In this document: one piece after another, positions 7,918 through 17,187 of the stretch
How positions within the stretch are numbered: position 1 is the first letter of the stretch
Layout: each line of letters starts with the position of its first letter
Origin: a virus
Taxonomy: Duplodnaviria; Caudoviricetes
Reading direction: 5' to 3' (one strand)
Virus record (IMG/VR): IMGVR_UViG_3300049563_000052
Location: 33,020 to 97,019 of that record
DNA: 64,000 bases
Position numbers and translations under genes: made by a program
The notes under the pieces: generated by a model
What the model saw: the letters and a program-made list of their open reading frames with translations, nothing else
What the model was told of the DNA's origin: nothing
Databases searched by the model: none

Positions 7918-8603
7918 TGGCGACCTCGCAGAACGGCTGGCCCGCGGGGGACGCGGTCCGGCTGCGCATCTGGGACATCCCGGGCACCGCGCGGCGGATC
8001 CGGCTGGCCGACGGGGACGCCGGGTGGCTGCTGGTCGACTTCGCGGCGTGGTTTCACCGCGAGATCGAGCCGATCGACGAGGGTCAGCTGGACGACTGGG
8101 GTTACGCGTTCCGGGTCATCCGGGCCGGGGTGGCATTGAGCAACCATGCGTCCGGGACGGCGATCGATCTGAACGCGACCCGGCATCCCCTGGGGAAACG
8201 CGGCACGTTCCGCCCCGACCAGGTGGCGAAGATCCGGGCCCGGCTGCGGCTGTACGACGGCTGCCTGCGGTGGGGCGGGGACTACACCGGGCGCCCCGAC
8301 GACATGCACATCGAGATCAACAAACCGGCGGGGGCGGTGGCGGCGGTGGCCGCCCGGCTCCGCGGCGGCGCCGCGCCGACCGAGGGGGATGACGAGTTGA
8401 CACCCGAACAGGCCCAGCAGCTGCGGCTGCTGTGCTCGCAGGTGGTGTGGGGCGAGAAGGACGGCCCGGCGCCGTGGGGGTGGCCCACGTGGAACGGCGG
8501 CTCGGGTGAGGTGCTGACCCTCGTCGACTACCTGCGGCGCGCCAACGAACGCGACGAGAAGATCCTCCAGCTGCTCCAAGACATCGCCGGGCGAATGCCG
8601 TGA
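7917..8603 (+). CDS. Endolysin-like peptidase, M15 family
   Basis: SQNGWPA, DDWGYAFR, SNHASGTAIDLN, RWGGDY, DDMHIEI zinc-peptidase motifs as in actinophage LysA. Confidence 0.88.
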   Translation: MATSQNGWPAGDAVRLRIWDIPGTARRIRLADGDAGWLLVDFAAWFHREIEPIDEGQLDDWGYAFRVIRAGVALSNHASGTAIDLNATRHPLGKRGTFRPDQVAKIRARLRLYDGCLRWGGDYTGRPDDMHIEINKPAGAVAAVAARLRGGAAPTEGDDELTPEQAQQLRLLCSQVVWGEKDGPAPWGWPTWNGGSGEVLTLVDYLRRANERDEKILQLLQDIAGRMP

Positions 8604-9373
8604 GCACCGCGTTGCGACTGGTGGCACGGCCGGGGTGGGGGGAGCTGGTGGCGGGGGGATTGCCTGGTCCGGCGCCGCGGGTGCTGCTGTTCACCGGCGG
8701 GGTGGCGTCGCTGTGCGTGTGGTACCTGACGGGGGCGCCGCTGCCGGTGTTTGTGCAGATCGGCGCCCCGTACGAGCTGGCCATGGCGGAGGTGCTGGAC
8801 GGGTTGGCGCAGCGCATCGCCGGGTTCGAGCCGGTGACGCTGACCGGGCCGCCGATCGGGGAGAACGCCGACGTCACCGCCGGCTACATCCCGCATCGGC
8901 ACCTGGCGCTGCTGGTGGCGGCGGCGGCGTGGATGCGCCCCTCGGTGATCTACACGTCGACGGTGCTGGGGGAAGTCGAGGCGGACCGGTCGCGGGCATG
9001 GCACCGGGCCACCTCCCGCGCGTTGGCCGGTGACGGCCCGACGATCCGGGTGGTCGCCCCGGCCGCCCGCATGACCAAGACCGGGCTGCTGCGCCGCACG
9101 CTGCGCGACTATCCGCAGGTGGCGGAGCTGCTGCCGTTGACGCGGTCGTGCTACCTGCCGGTGGGGCAGCCCTGCGGGGCGTGTCCGGGCTGTTTCCGGC
9201 GGGCCGTGGCCGAGTTCCACTGCGGACTGCGGGCGAACCCGCCGCTGCTGCCCGAAGAGGCCGGGTGGGGCAGCGGGTGGGCCGCGGCCCGGCAGATCGG
9301 GGTGCGGCGCTGGCCGGGGCTGGCCGTGGACGGGGCGCTGTCCGGGTTGGCGCTGGCCGGGATCCGGGTCTGA
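8600..9373 (+). CDS. QueC-like (PP-loop ATPase, Zn-binding) protein with degenerate motifs
   Basis: LLFTGGVAS (cf. SGGxDS), YIPHRH (cf. VPxRN), MTK, TRSCY...CGACPGCFRR. Confidence 0.8.
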   Translation: MSTALRLVARPGWGELVAGGLPGPAPRVLLFTGGVASLCVWYLTGAPLPVFVQIGAPYELAMAEVLDGLAQRIAGFEPVTLTGPPIGENADVTAGYIPHRHLALLVAAAAWMRPSVIYTSTVLGEVEADRSRAWHRATSRALAGDGPTIRVVAPAARMTKTGLLRRTLRDYPQVAELLPLTRSCYLPVGQPCGACPGCFRRAVAEFHCGLRANPPLLPEEAGWGSGWAAARQIGVRRWPGLAVDGALSGLALAGIRV

Positions 9374-9376
9374 GCG

Positions 9377-9634
9377 ATGATCTCTGTTGAGGATCGGCAC
9401 CCGGCCACGCAGCACCTCGCGCGGTGGCTCACGCCGAACATGCAGCTGCCGCCGGAGGCGTTGGCGGTGTCCACGCTGTGTTGGGACATCGGCGGGGACA
9501 TGATCGCCCGGCTGCCGGATGGGCCGGAGCTGTCCGAGGGCCTGCGGAAGCTGCTGGAGGCCAAGGACTGCTTTGTGCGGGCCGCGATCGGGGCCGCGGC
9601 TGCCGCCGCCCGCGGACCGGGAGCGCCGCGGTGA
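9377..9634 (+). CDS. Small helical-hairpin protein, Acb2/Tad1-like (DUF7681-type)
   Basis: LPPEALAVS...LPDGPELSEGLRKLLEAKDCFVRAAI, a conserved phage motif. Confidence 0.6.
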   Translation: MISVEDRHPATQHLARWLTPNMQLPPEALAVSTLCWDIGGDMIARLPDGPELSEGLRKLLEAKDCFVRAAIGAAAAAARGPGAPR

Positions 9635-10176
9635 GCCGCAGCACCGAAGGGCTGGGCCGTAAAAGCCCGCGGCTGCGGCGCACCAAAGCCGAAACCGAGC
9701 AGTGCCAGGAGCGGGCGCATTTCCTGCGGACGGTGGGGGCGCTGGACTTCGACCGGATCGCCGAGTCCCCGGACCCGACCGGTACCGGGCCGTCGCTGTA
9801 CAGCAACGCCGCCGCGGCCCGGCAGGCGTACCTGGCGCACGCGACCCGGGTCCGCGGCACCAAAGAAGAGCCTGCCCTGACCGTGCGGGAGCGTCGCGCC
9901 CTCACCGATGATCGCTATGAACGGATACTGCAAGCGTGGATGGTGAAGGCGCTCGGCGGGTCCGAAACCGCGACCATGCTGTGCCTGCGCGCCCTGCACG
10001 ACCAGCAAGAACTGTGGGGGCTGCGGATCCGACCGTCCTCACCCGACATCGAGGAGTCCACCGAGGACGTCGCCGATGACCTCGCAGACCGCCGCGCCAC
10101 CAAACGCTCCAAGGCCCGCGCCGACGCTCTACGGCAGACAAGAGCCCGCCCGCCTACTGCTCCCCCCGGAGACTGA
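9631..10176 (+). CDS. terS: Terminase small subunit
   Basis: HTH-like N-terminus, C-terminal DDLADRR; overlaps the start of terL. Confidence 0.7.
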   Translation: MSRSTEGLGRKSPRLRRTKAETEQCQERAHFLRTVGALDFDRIAESPDPTGTGPSLYSNAAAARQAYLAHATRVRGTKEEPALTVRERRALTDDRYERILQAWMVKALGGSETATMLCLRALHDQQELWGLRIRPSSPDIEESTEDVADDLADRRATKRSKARADALRQTRARPPTAPPGD

Positions 10177-11764
10177 CCGGCTGGTCACGGCGGGCCCGGA
10201 GGTGGTCGAGCTGGCCGCCACCACCGGGCTGTACCTGGATCCGTGGCAGGAGTATTGCCTGGACTGCGCGCTGTGGGAGCAGCCGTCCCCGGAGGACCCG
10301 TCCGAAGACGCCTGGGAGTGGTCGGCGTTCGAGGTCGTGATCTTGGTGCCGCGGCAGAACGGCAAGGGCTCCATCTTGGAGGCGCGGGAGCTGGCCGGGC
10401 TGTTCCTGTTCGAAGAGGACCTGATCCTGCACTCCGCGCACGAGTTCAAAACCTCGACGGAGGCGTACCGGCGGATCAAGGGCCGGATCGAGAACACGCC
10501 GTGGATGCTGCGCCGGGTCGCCGCGAACGGGTTCCAGTCCGCGCACGGCAACGAGGGCATCGAGCTGAAACCCACGAAGGTCATCATCTCGGGGTCGTCG
10601 GGGCGGCACATCTCCGGCGGCCGGGTGTGCCGGCTGCGGTTCGTCGCGCGCACCACTGGCTCCGGGCGTGGTTTTACGGCGGATTTGGTGATCTGGGATG
10701 AGGCGTTCAACCTGCCGGAGACCGTCGTCGGGGCGCAGCTGCCGACGCTGTCCGCGGTCCCGAACCCGCAGCTGTGGTACACGAGCTCGGCCGTGGACAA
10801 GGACGTCCACCAGTGGGGGGTGACGTTGGCGCGGGTGCGGGCCCGCGCGCTGGCCGCGATCGCCGGGGAGCCGCCGCCGCCCGGCGCGGAAGCCGACGAC
10901 GACATGGCCGGGCTGGTGTGGCTGGAGTGGCAGGCCGACGAAGACGCCTTCCGGGCCGCGATGGACACCGGTGTGGCCGCGACCCGCAACATGGCCCGCA
11001 CCCGCAGCGAGTGGGCGGCGTCGAACCCGGGGCTCGGGTTCCGGCTGCGGGAGCGGCGCATCGCCCGCGAGGTCCGCGCCATGGGCCTCAAGACGTTCAT
11101 CGTGGAGCGGCTGAACATCGGGGACTGGCCGGAGCTGGACGAAGACGCCCGCCGCATCGAGACCGACCGGTGGGCGCTGATCGCCGACCCGGGATCCCGG
11201 CCCGGCTCCCCGATCGCGTTGGCGTTCGAGGTGAGCCTGGACGGGCGCACGGCGGCGGTCGCGTCCGCGGGGCGGCGTGAGGATGACGACCGGTTCCATA
11301 TCAAGGTCACCGACCACCGCCCCGGCGGCGGCACGGCGTGGGTGGTGCCGCGGATCATGGATTTGGTCGCCCGATACAACGTCTGCTGCGTGATCTACAA
11401 CCCGGCCGGTCAGGGCGGGGCGCTGGCGGTGGACCTCGAGAATGCCGGGCTGCACCGGTGGCATCCGCACCACCCCGGCAAGGGCGGCATGCGGGGGCTG
11501 TCCGGGCGTGAGCTGGCCATGGCGTGCGGGGAGCTGGTCGGCGACACGACCGCCGAATCCGACCGCCTCCGCCACTGTGGGCAGCAACCGCTAGATGATG
11601 CGGTCAAGGAGGCCGGTACCCGACCTCTGGCGGACGCGTGGGCTTGGGACCAGCGCAAGTCCACCGCCGACATCACCCCACTGGTTTCGGTGACCTGCGC
11701 GTTGCACGGGTTTCGGGTGCACGGCGCGGAAGAGGGAGCGACCCCGTGGGGGGAGTGGGTGTGA
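10076..11764 (+). CDS. terL: Terminase large subunit
   Basis: LDPWQ, VPRQNGKG Walker A, GRGFTADLVIWDEA Walker B, ASNPGLG, C-terminal DITPLVS. Confidence 0.95.
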   Translation: MTSQTAAPPNAPRPAPTLYGRQEPARLLLPPETDRLVTAGPEVVELAATTGLYLDPWQEYCLDCALWEQPSPEDPSEDAWEWSAFEVVILVPRQNGKGSILEARELAGLFLFEEDLILHSAHEFKTSTEAYRRIKGRIENTPWMLRRVAANGFQSAHGNEGIELKPTKVIISGSSGRHISGGRVCRLRFVARTTGSGRGFTADLVIWDEAFNLPETVVGAQLPTLSAVPNPQLWYTSSAVDKDVHQWGVTLARVRARALAAIAGEPPPPGAEADDDMAGLVWLEWQADEDAFRAAMDTGVAATRNMARTRSEWAASNPGLGFRLRERRIAREVRAMGLKTFIVERLNIGDWPELDEDARRIETDRWALIADPGSRPGSPIALAFEVSLDGRTAAVASAGRREDDDRFHIKVTDHRPGGGTAWVVPRIMDLVARYNVCCVIYNPAGQGGALAVDLENAGLHRWHPHHPGKGGMRGLSGRELAMACGELVGDTTAESDRLRHCGQQPLDDAVKEAGTRPLADAWAWDQRKSTADITPLVSVTCALHGFRVHGAEEGATPWGEWV

Positions 11765-12003
11765 AACGTCCGAGCCTGTCGAGCTACGCGATCGCGTTGC
11801 TGTTGATCGGGGTTGCTTTGACCAGCGTCGGCGTGGGCTTCCAGTTTGGAGCGCCGTGGGGCCTCATGCTGTCCGGAGTGGCCTTGACCGTGGGGGGTGT
11901 GGTGATCGTGCGCGATCTGCTGCGGGCACCCCGAGAGGTCCGGCCGCGCCGCCCCCCGCACGCGGTGTCCCAGGTGCGGCCCACCCAGCAGCAAGCGGGG
12001 TAA
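11761..12003 (+). CDS. Small two-TM membrane protein between terL and portal
   Basis: Two hydrophobic segments; GTGA-coupled. Confidence 0.7.
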   Translation: MKRPSLSSYAIALLLIGVALTSVGVGFQFGAPWGLMLSGVALTVGGVVIVRDLLRAPREVRPRRPPHAVSQVRPTQQQAG

Positions 12004-12006
12004 GCG

Positions 12007-13539
12007 GTGCCGGGCGTGATCGAGCAATGGCGCGACACCCGCGCCGCCGTGGCGACCACTGACCGCTCCATCACCACCATCGACGACTACGCCTACGCAC
12101 TGTCCGGGCTGTACGCCGACACCGCTGTGACGTGGGGGTTCGGGCCGGGCAACCAGGACTGGCGGTACGAGCCGGTGGAGCGGGTGGCGTCCAGCTTCGA
12201 GGGCTACGCCAGCCAGCTCATGGAGGAAAACGGCGCCGTCGCCGCCATCATCGGGGTCCGGGTGCTGGCGTTCAGCCTGATCCGGTTCGCGTTCCAACGC
12301 ATGCGCGGCGGGCGCCCGTCGGGGCTGTTCAGCCTGCCGGGGCTGGCGCTGCTGGAGCGGCCGTACCCGGGCGGCACCACCCAAGACCTGCTCGCCCGGA
12401 TGCTCCAGGATGTCGACCTGGCCGGGAACGCCTACGTCACCACGACCACCGGCATCGGCGGGCCGGAGTCGGTGCGGCTGCGCCCGGACTGGGTGCAGAT
12501 CATCCTCATGCCGATCATCAAACCGTCCGGGGAGTTCCTCGGGTATCGGCGGGTGGGCTACACCTACCACGAGGGCGGCATCGAGCAGTGCCGCCCCGAA
12601 GAGGTCGCCCTGTTCGACGTCAAAGAGGTGGCGCATTTCGCCCCGGACCCGGACCCGTCCGGGCGCTACCGCGGGCAGTCGTGGCTGACGTCGGTCATCC
12701 GGGAGGTCGTCAACGACAAGGCGATGGAGCGGCACAAGACCCGGTACTTCGAGAACGCGGCCACCCCGGCGCTGTCGGTGAGCTTGGCGGAGTCGGTCAC
12801 CCCGACGCAGTTCGCCGAGTTCAAAGAGAAGATGAACATCGAGCACCGCGGCCCGGAAAACGCGGGCAAGACCCTGTTCCTGGGCGGCGGCGCCGACGTG
12901 AAGGTGATCGGCGCGCAGCTGGAGCAGATCGGGTTCGAGCATCTGCAAGGCCGCGGGGAGACCCGGCTGGCCGCCCGCGCCGGGGTGCCCCCGGTCATCG
13001 TCGGGCTGTCGGAGGGCATATCTCAAGCCACGTACTCCAACTACAGCCAGGCCATGCGCCGGTTCGGGCAGCTGACCCTGGAGGCGCTGTGGGGTAACGC
13101 GGCCGGGTCGCTGGAGACGCTGGTCCCGCCGCCCGGCGGCGATGCCCGGTTGTGGTTCGACACGCGGGATGTGGCGTTCCTCAAAGAGGACGCCCGCAGC
13201 CGCGCCGAGGTACACCAGATCAAAGCCTCCACGATCAACACCTACATCACGGCCGGGTTCACCCCGGAGAGCGCGGTGGAGGCCGTCGACGCCGAAGACG
13301 TGTCCCGGCTGGTCCCGACCGGCCTGGTGAGTGTGCAGCTGCAACCCCCCGGCGGCGCCCCGCCCACCGCCGCCACGCCCGCCACCACGCCCGCCCCGGC
13401 GGCGGCGGGCACCAAGTCCGCCCGTGACGCCGATGACGAGCTCCCGGAGACGGGGGAGCTGGATGCGGTGGATCGAGAGCTGCATCTGTCCGGGGCGCAC
13501 CCGCATCCGCGGCTGGCGCACACCAACGGGAAAGGTTGA
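12007..13539 (+). CDS. Portal protein (HK97 type)
   Basis: LAGNAY, LRPDWV, GQSWL, FENAATP, GPENAGKTLFL, GVPP, TYSNY. Confidence 0.95.
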   Translation: MPGVIEQWRDTRAAVATTDRSITTIDDYAYALSGLYADTAVTWGFGPGNQDWRYEPVERVASSFEGYASQLMEENGAVAAIIGVRVLAFSLIRFAFQRMRGGRPSGLFSLPGLALLERPYPGGTTQDLLARMLQDVDLAGNAYVTTTTGIGGPESVRLRPDWVQIILMPIIKPSGEFLGYRRVGYTYHEGGIEQCRPEEVALFDVKEVAHFAPDPDPSGRYRGQSWLTSVIREVVNDKAMERHKTRYFENAATPALSVSLAESVTPTQFAEFKEKMNIEHRGPENAGKTLFLGGGADVKVIGAQLEQIGFEHLQGRGETRLAARAGVPPVIVGLSEGISQATYSNYSQAMRRFGQLTLEALWGNAAGSLETLVPPPGGDARLWFDTRDVAFLKEDARSRAEVHQIKASTINTYITAGFTPESAVEAVDAEDVSRLVPTGLVSVQLQPPGGAPPTAATPATTPAPAAAGTKSARDADDELPETGELDAVDRELHLSGAHPHPRLAHTNGKG

Positions 13540-14804
13540 CCATGCGCACGCCCACCGCCGATGACCGGCTGACCCTGTCCGATTTCGTGGACCGCCTCCG
13601 GAAGACCGGGCGCGACCCGGAGCGGCTCATGAACGACTGCCCGGACTTCGCGCTGCGCGCCCTTCTGCGGGGCCAACCGGTCCGCGACAACCTGTCGCGC
13701 ACCGTCGACGAGGAGCTGCGGCACGAAGACACCGCGGACGGTCTGAGCATCGACGGGCACTGGACCGTCTTCAACTCCCTCACCGAAATCAACAGCTGGG
13801 AGGGGACCTACCTGGAGCAGGTGTTGCCGGGGGCGACGAAGAAGACGCTGCGCGACGCCATGCCCAAGATGCAGTTCGACCACGGCCACCACCCGCTGTT
13901 GGGCAGCCTGCCGCTGGGCCGCTGGGACGAGGCCAAGGAAACCGAGCGCGGCTCGTGGTCGGCCGGGCGGATGATCGACAACTGGTTGACGGCGCCGTTC
14001 GCGGACGCGATCCGCGCTCAGACGGTCAGGGGCATGAGCTTCAGATTCAAGGTGCTCAAGGAGAAGTGGTACACCGCCCGCGGCGACCTGATCAAAGACG
14101 ACCGGGAGCTGTTCGACAAGCTGTTCTGGGGTGAGGGCGACGAAGACGAGTACCCGCTGCGCCGCGACCTGATCGAGGTGTCCGTGTCGGAGGCCGGGCC
14201 GGTGGTGTGGCCCGCCTACACCGACACCGACGTGTCCGCCCGCAGCTCCGACGGCTCCCGCATCGTGATCGACCTGGCCGCGCTGGACAAGCGGGCCGCG
14301 GCCGGGCGGGTGGTGGCGCTGCTGGACGCGGAGATGGCGCGCGCCGCCAGCTGCGGCCCGACCCCGCCCGCGGAGGACCCGCGCAGCCGGTGGCAGCCGT
14401 TGGGACGCGCCGAGCTGGCCCGCATGGCCGAAAACGCGGCCCGGCTGGTGCACAATGCCGACGTGGCCGCCACTGCGGTCCACACGCACGAGCCGCAAAC
14501 CACCGGAGAACCGGCCGCCGACCACGCGCCGTCCGCCCCCCACGAACGTGACGCCGCGCCGGAGAGCACCGCGCAGCCCCCGGCCGGGGAGCACTCGCGG
14601 CCAGGGACGAGCACGCCGGAACCGACTCGCAGCGGTCAGCGACCGCTGAACCCCACCGCGCGCAAGATCGATCTGCGTAGCCGTTACCGCGACGTGCTCA
14701 GCGCTGCCCTGGCCCTGCCCCCAATCGATGAGGCATCCAGGGAGAACGCCGATGAGCGGCGAGGACCAGGGCACCGGCACCCTCGATCAGCCGGACGAGC
14801 GTGA
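13536..14804 (+). CDS. HK97-family prohead protease
   Basis: QFDHG, GMSFRF, EAGPVVWPAY motifs; position after the portal. Confidence 0.9.
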   Translation: MTMRTPTADDRLTLSDFVDRLRKTGRDPERLMNDCPDFALRALLRGQPVRDNLSRTVDEELRHEDTADGLSIDGHWTVFNSLTEINSWEGTYLEQVLPGATKKTLRDAMPKMQFDHGHHPLLGSLPLGRWDEAKETERGSWSAGRMIDNWLTAPFADAIRAQTVRGMSFRFKVLKEKWYTARGDLIKDDRELFDKLFWGEGDEDEYPLRRDLIEVSVSEAGPVVWPAYTDTDVSARSSDGSRIVIDLAALDKRAAAGRVVALLDAEMARAASCGPTPPAEDPRSRWQPLGRAELARMAENAARLVHNADVAATAVHTHEPQTTGEPAADHAPSAPHERDAAPESTAQPPAGEHSRPGTSTPEPTRSGQRPLNPTARKIDLRSRYRDVLSAALALPPIDEASRENADERRGPGHRHPRSAGRA

Positions 14805-16359
14805 CGCAGCAGGCCAGCGACGCGGGCCGACTCTCACCCATAGCCAGGCGATCAACCGGCTGCATGATCTGCGCACCCAGATGGGCGCGATCGCAGAGCT
14901 GGACAACCCGTCCGCAGAGGACGACAAGTACTTCTCCGAGCTGGAGATCGAGTTCCAGGACGTCGACGCGCACCGGCGGCGGCTGGAGCGGGACGCGGCG
15001 CTCGCTGCGGTGCGGCAGACCACCGACGGGCTGTCCGCCGTCGGGTATCTGCGCTCCGAGCGGGGTGCGTTCGACAACCAGCGCAACGGCCGCGGACACG
15101 ACGGCTCCCACGGCTACGACCGGGACGCCATCATGGAGCCCGACTCCATCACCGACGCCCGGTTCCGCAACCCGTGGGCGTTCGACGAGGTGCGCACGTT
15201 CGGTCGGGACCCGGATGCGGTCGCCCGCGAGTGGCACTCCCGCGCGCTGAGCGCGTGCGAGCGGATGCCCGCGGCCACCGACGCCATCCGCAAGGCATCC
15301 ACGGACATCATCGAGCGCTGGGACGACGAAGACGGCAACCTGGCCCGGTTCATGCTGGCCGGGAGCCAGCCCGCCTACCTCCGCGCCTGGTGCAAGATTT
15401 TCAAGGCCGGTGACCGGGTCGCGAACCTGTCCGTGGAGGAACGGCAGGCCGTCGCCACCGTTCAGCACATTTCCCGGCAAACCCGCGCAATGTCATTGAC
15501 AGATAGCGCAGGCGGCTATTTAGTGCCTTTCCAGCTCGATCCAACAATTGTATTGACCGCGAATGGATCGGTGAACGAAATTCGTCAGGCGGCCCGCACA
15601 GTGGTCGCTATCGGCGATACTTGGAATGGTATTTCGTCCGGCGCGGTGGCGTGGTCCTACGACGCGGAAGCCGCGCAGGTCTCCGACGACTCCACGACGT
15701 TCGCGCAGCCCACGATCCCCATCTACAAGGCGCAGGGGTTCGTCCCGATCTCCATCGAGGCCATCCAGGACGCGGCCAACGTGACCGCCGAGGTGGCGAT
15801 GCTGATGGCCGCCGGTAAGGACATCCTGGAGGCGCAGGCGTTCGCGGTCGGCTCCGGTGTGGCCATGCCGACCGGGATCGTGCCCTCGCTGACCGGCGGC
15901 GCCTCCGAGGTCACCACGGCCTCCGACACCGCCCTGGCCATCGGCGACATCTACAAGCTGCACGGCAGCCTGCCCGCCCGGTACCGGCGCAACGCGTCCT
16001 GGCTGGCCAACAACCTGATCTACAACATGATCCGCGCGTTCGGGACGACGTACGAGCTGTGGGGTGCGCTGGCCGGGGACCGCCCGACGACGCTGCTCAA
16101 CCGGCCCGCCTACGAGTCCGAGGACATGGACGGCACCATCGCCGCGGGCACCGACTACGTCATGGTTTTCGGTGATTTCAACAATTATGTGATTGCCGAT
16201 CGCATCGGCATGACGATGGAATTTGTGCCGCATTTGTTCCAGCAGACCACCGCCGGTACCGGATTCGGTCGTCCGACCGGGCAGCGCGGCTGGCTGGCCT
16301 ACGTCCGCCACGGCGCCGACTCGGTCAACGACGCCGCATTCCGGATGCTCAAGGCGTAA
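14752..16359 (+). CDS. Major capsid protein (HK97 fold, long N-terminal delta domain)
   Basis: AGGYLVP, PISIEAIQD, PTGIV, LLNRP, FGDFNNYVIADR; AGGGAG RBS before ATG 14752. Confidence 0.95.
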   Translation: MSGEDQGTGTLDQPDERDAAGQRRGPTLTHSQAINRLHDLRTQMGAIAELDNPSAEDDKYFSELEIEFQDVDAHRRRLERDAALAAVRQTTDGLSAVGYLRSERGAFDNQRNGRGHDGSHGYDRDAIMEPDSITDARFRNPWAFDEVRTFGRDPDAVAREWHSRALSACERMPAATDAIRKASTDIIERWDDEDGNLARFMLAGSQPAYLRAWCKIFKAGDRVANLSVEERQAVATVQHISRQTRAMSLTDSAGGYLVPFQLDPTIVLTANGSVNEIRQAARTVVAIGDTWNGISSGAVAWSYDAEAAQVSDDSTTFAQPTIPIYKAQGFVPISIEAIQDAANVTAEVAMLMAAGKDILEAQAFAVGSGVAMPTGIVPSLTGGASEVTTASDTALAIGDIYKLHGSLPARYRRNASWLANNLIYNMIRAFGTTYELWGALAGDRPTTLLNRPAYESEDMDGTIAAGTDYVMVFGDFNNYVIADRIGMTMEFVPHLFQQTTAGTGFGRPTGQRGWLAYVRHGADSVNDAAFRMLKA

Positions 16360-16402
16360 GCGCCGGACCACCGGACCACGGGACCGAAGGGATAGCAGAG
16401 TC

Positions 16403-16846
16403 ATGGCAGACGACAAGGACCAGAGCCAGCAGGGACCGCAGAGCACCGGCGGCACCGCGGCGAGCCGCCGCGCCGAACGCAGCACGGCGGAAAGCCAGCA
16501 GGGCGCGAGCACCGGCCAGGTGGCGACCCGGGACAGCGGGAGCGGGAGCGGGCTGTCGGGCGCGGAGCTCGACAAGAAGCGCCGCTTCGCCGGGGTCACC
16601 GAGGCCGCCGCCGACGAGCTGGAAGCGCTCGAAGTCGACCCGCGGCTGGACAACCGGACCGGGGATCAGCGGCCACCCGCCCCCGGCCTGCTCAAGCCGC
16701 AGCAGTTCGACGGGCCCGAGGTGGGGCACTTCGCCGAGCACGCCGAGCAGGTCGGCGGCGAGTTCGCGGAGGTCACCGGGTCCGGCGGTGAGGTGCGCGG
16801 CATGCGTTCCCCCGGCCGACTCGGCCGCGGCGACCCCGACGAGTGA
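16403..16846 (+). CDS. Hypothetical acidic/low-complexity protein
   Basis: ATG 16403 with AAGGGA RBS. Confidence 0.65.
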   Translation: MADDKDQSQQGPQSTGGTAASRRAERSTAESQQGASTGQVATRDSGSGSGLSGAELDKKRRFAGVTEAAADELEALEVDPRLDNRTGDQRPPAPGLLKPQQFDGPEVGHFAEHAEQVGGEFAEVTGSGGEVRGMRSPGRLGRGDPDE

Positions 16847-16858
16847 TACGGACGTCGA

Positions 16859-17185
16859 ATGGCTGACCTCATGCAGGCCAAGGACGCGTTCTCGTGTTCC
16901 TTGGACAAGAACGGGCGGGTGCCGTTCTCGGTGGGGGCCGGGGACCTGTTCGCCGCCGATGACGAGGTCGTGCGCCGGTACCCGAACAACTTCCGGCCGG
17001 TGCGGTACCGGGACTCCGCCGAGGTGCGCCGCCCGTTGGCGGCGCATCCCGGCGCCGGGGACGAGACCGCGACCGCCGGGCCGGGGGAGCGGCGGTCGCT
17101 GTCTCGGCCGCCGCGTCGAGCGGAGAAGGCGAAGCCGGACCCGGCGCCCGCCCCGGCCGCGTCGACTGCTCCGAGCGAGGTGTAA
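16859..17185 (+). CDS. Hypothetical head-associated protein
   Basis: ETATAGPGERRS motif typical of small post-capsid genes. Confidence 0.7.
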   Translation: MADLMQAKDAFSCSLDKNGRVPFSVGAGDLFAADDEVVRRYPNNFRPVRYRDSAEVRRPLAAHPGAGDETATAGPGERRSLSRPPRRAEKAKPDPAPAPAASTAPSEV

Positions 17186-17187
17186 CC

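Noticed and set aside
8600-9373. 7-deazaguanine DNA modification pathway
   Set aside because: No folE, queD, queE or dpdA in the window, and the QueC motifs are altered
15491-15524. Internal promoter in the capsid gene (TTGACA at 15496; TGTCA-T-TGACA palindrome)
   Set aside because: No TANNNT at 16-18 bp spacing; retained only as part of the AT-rich patch observation
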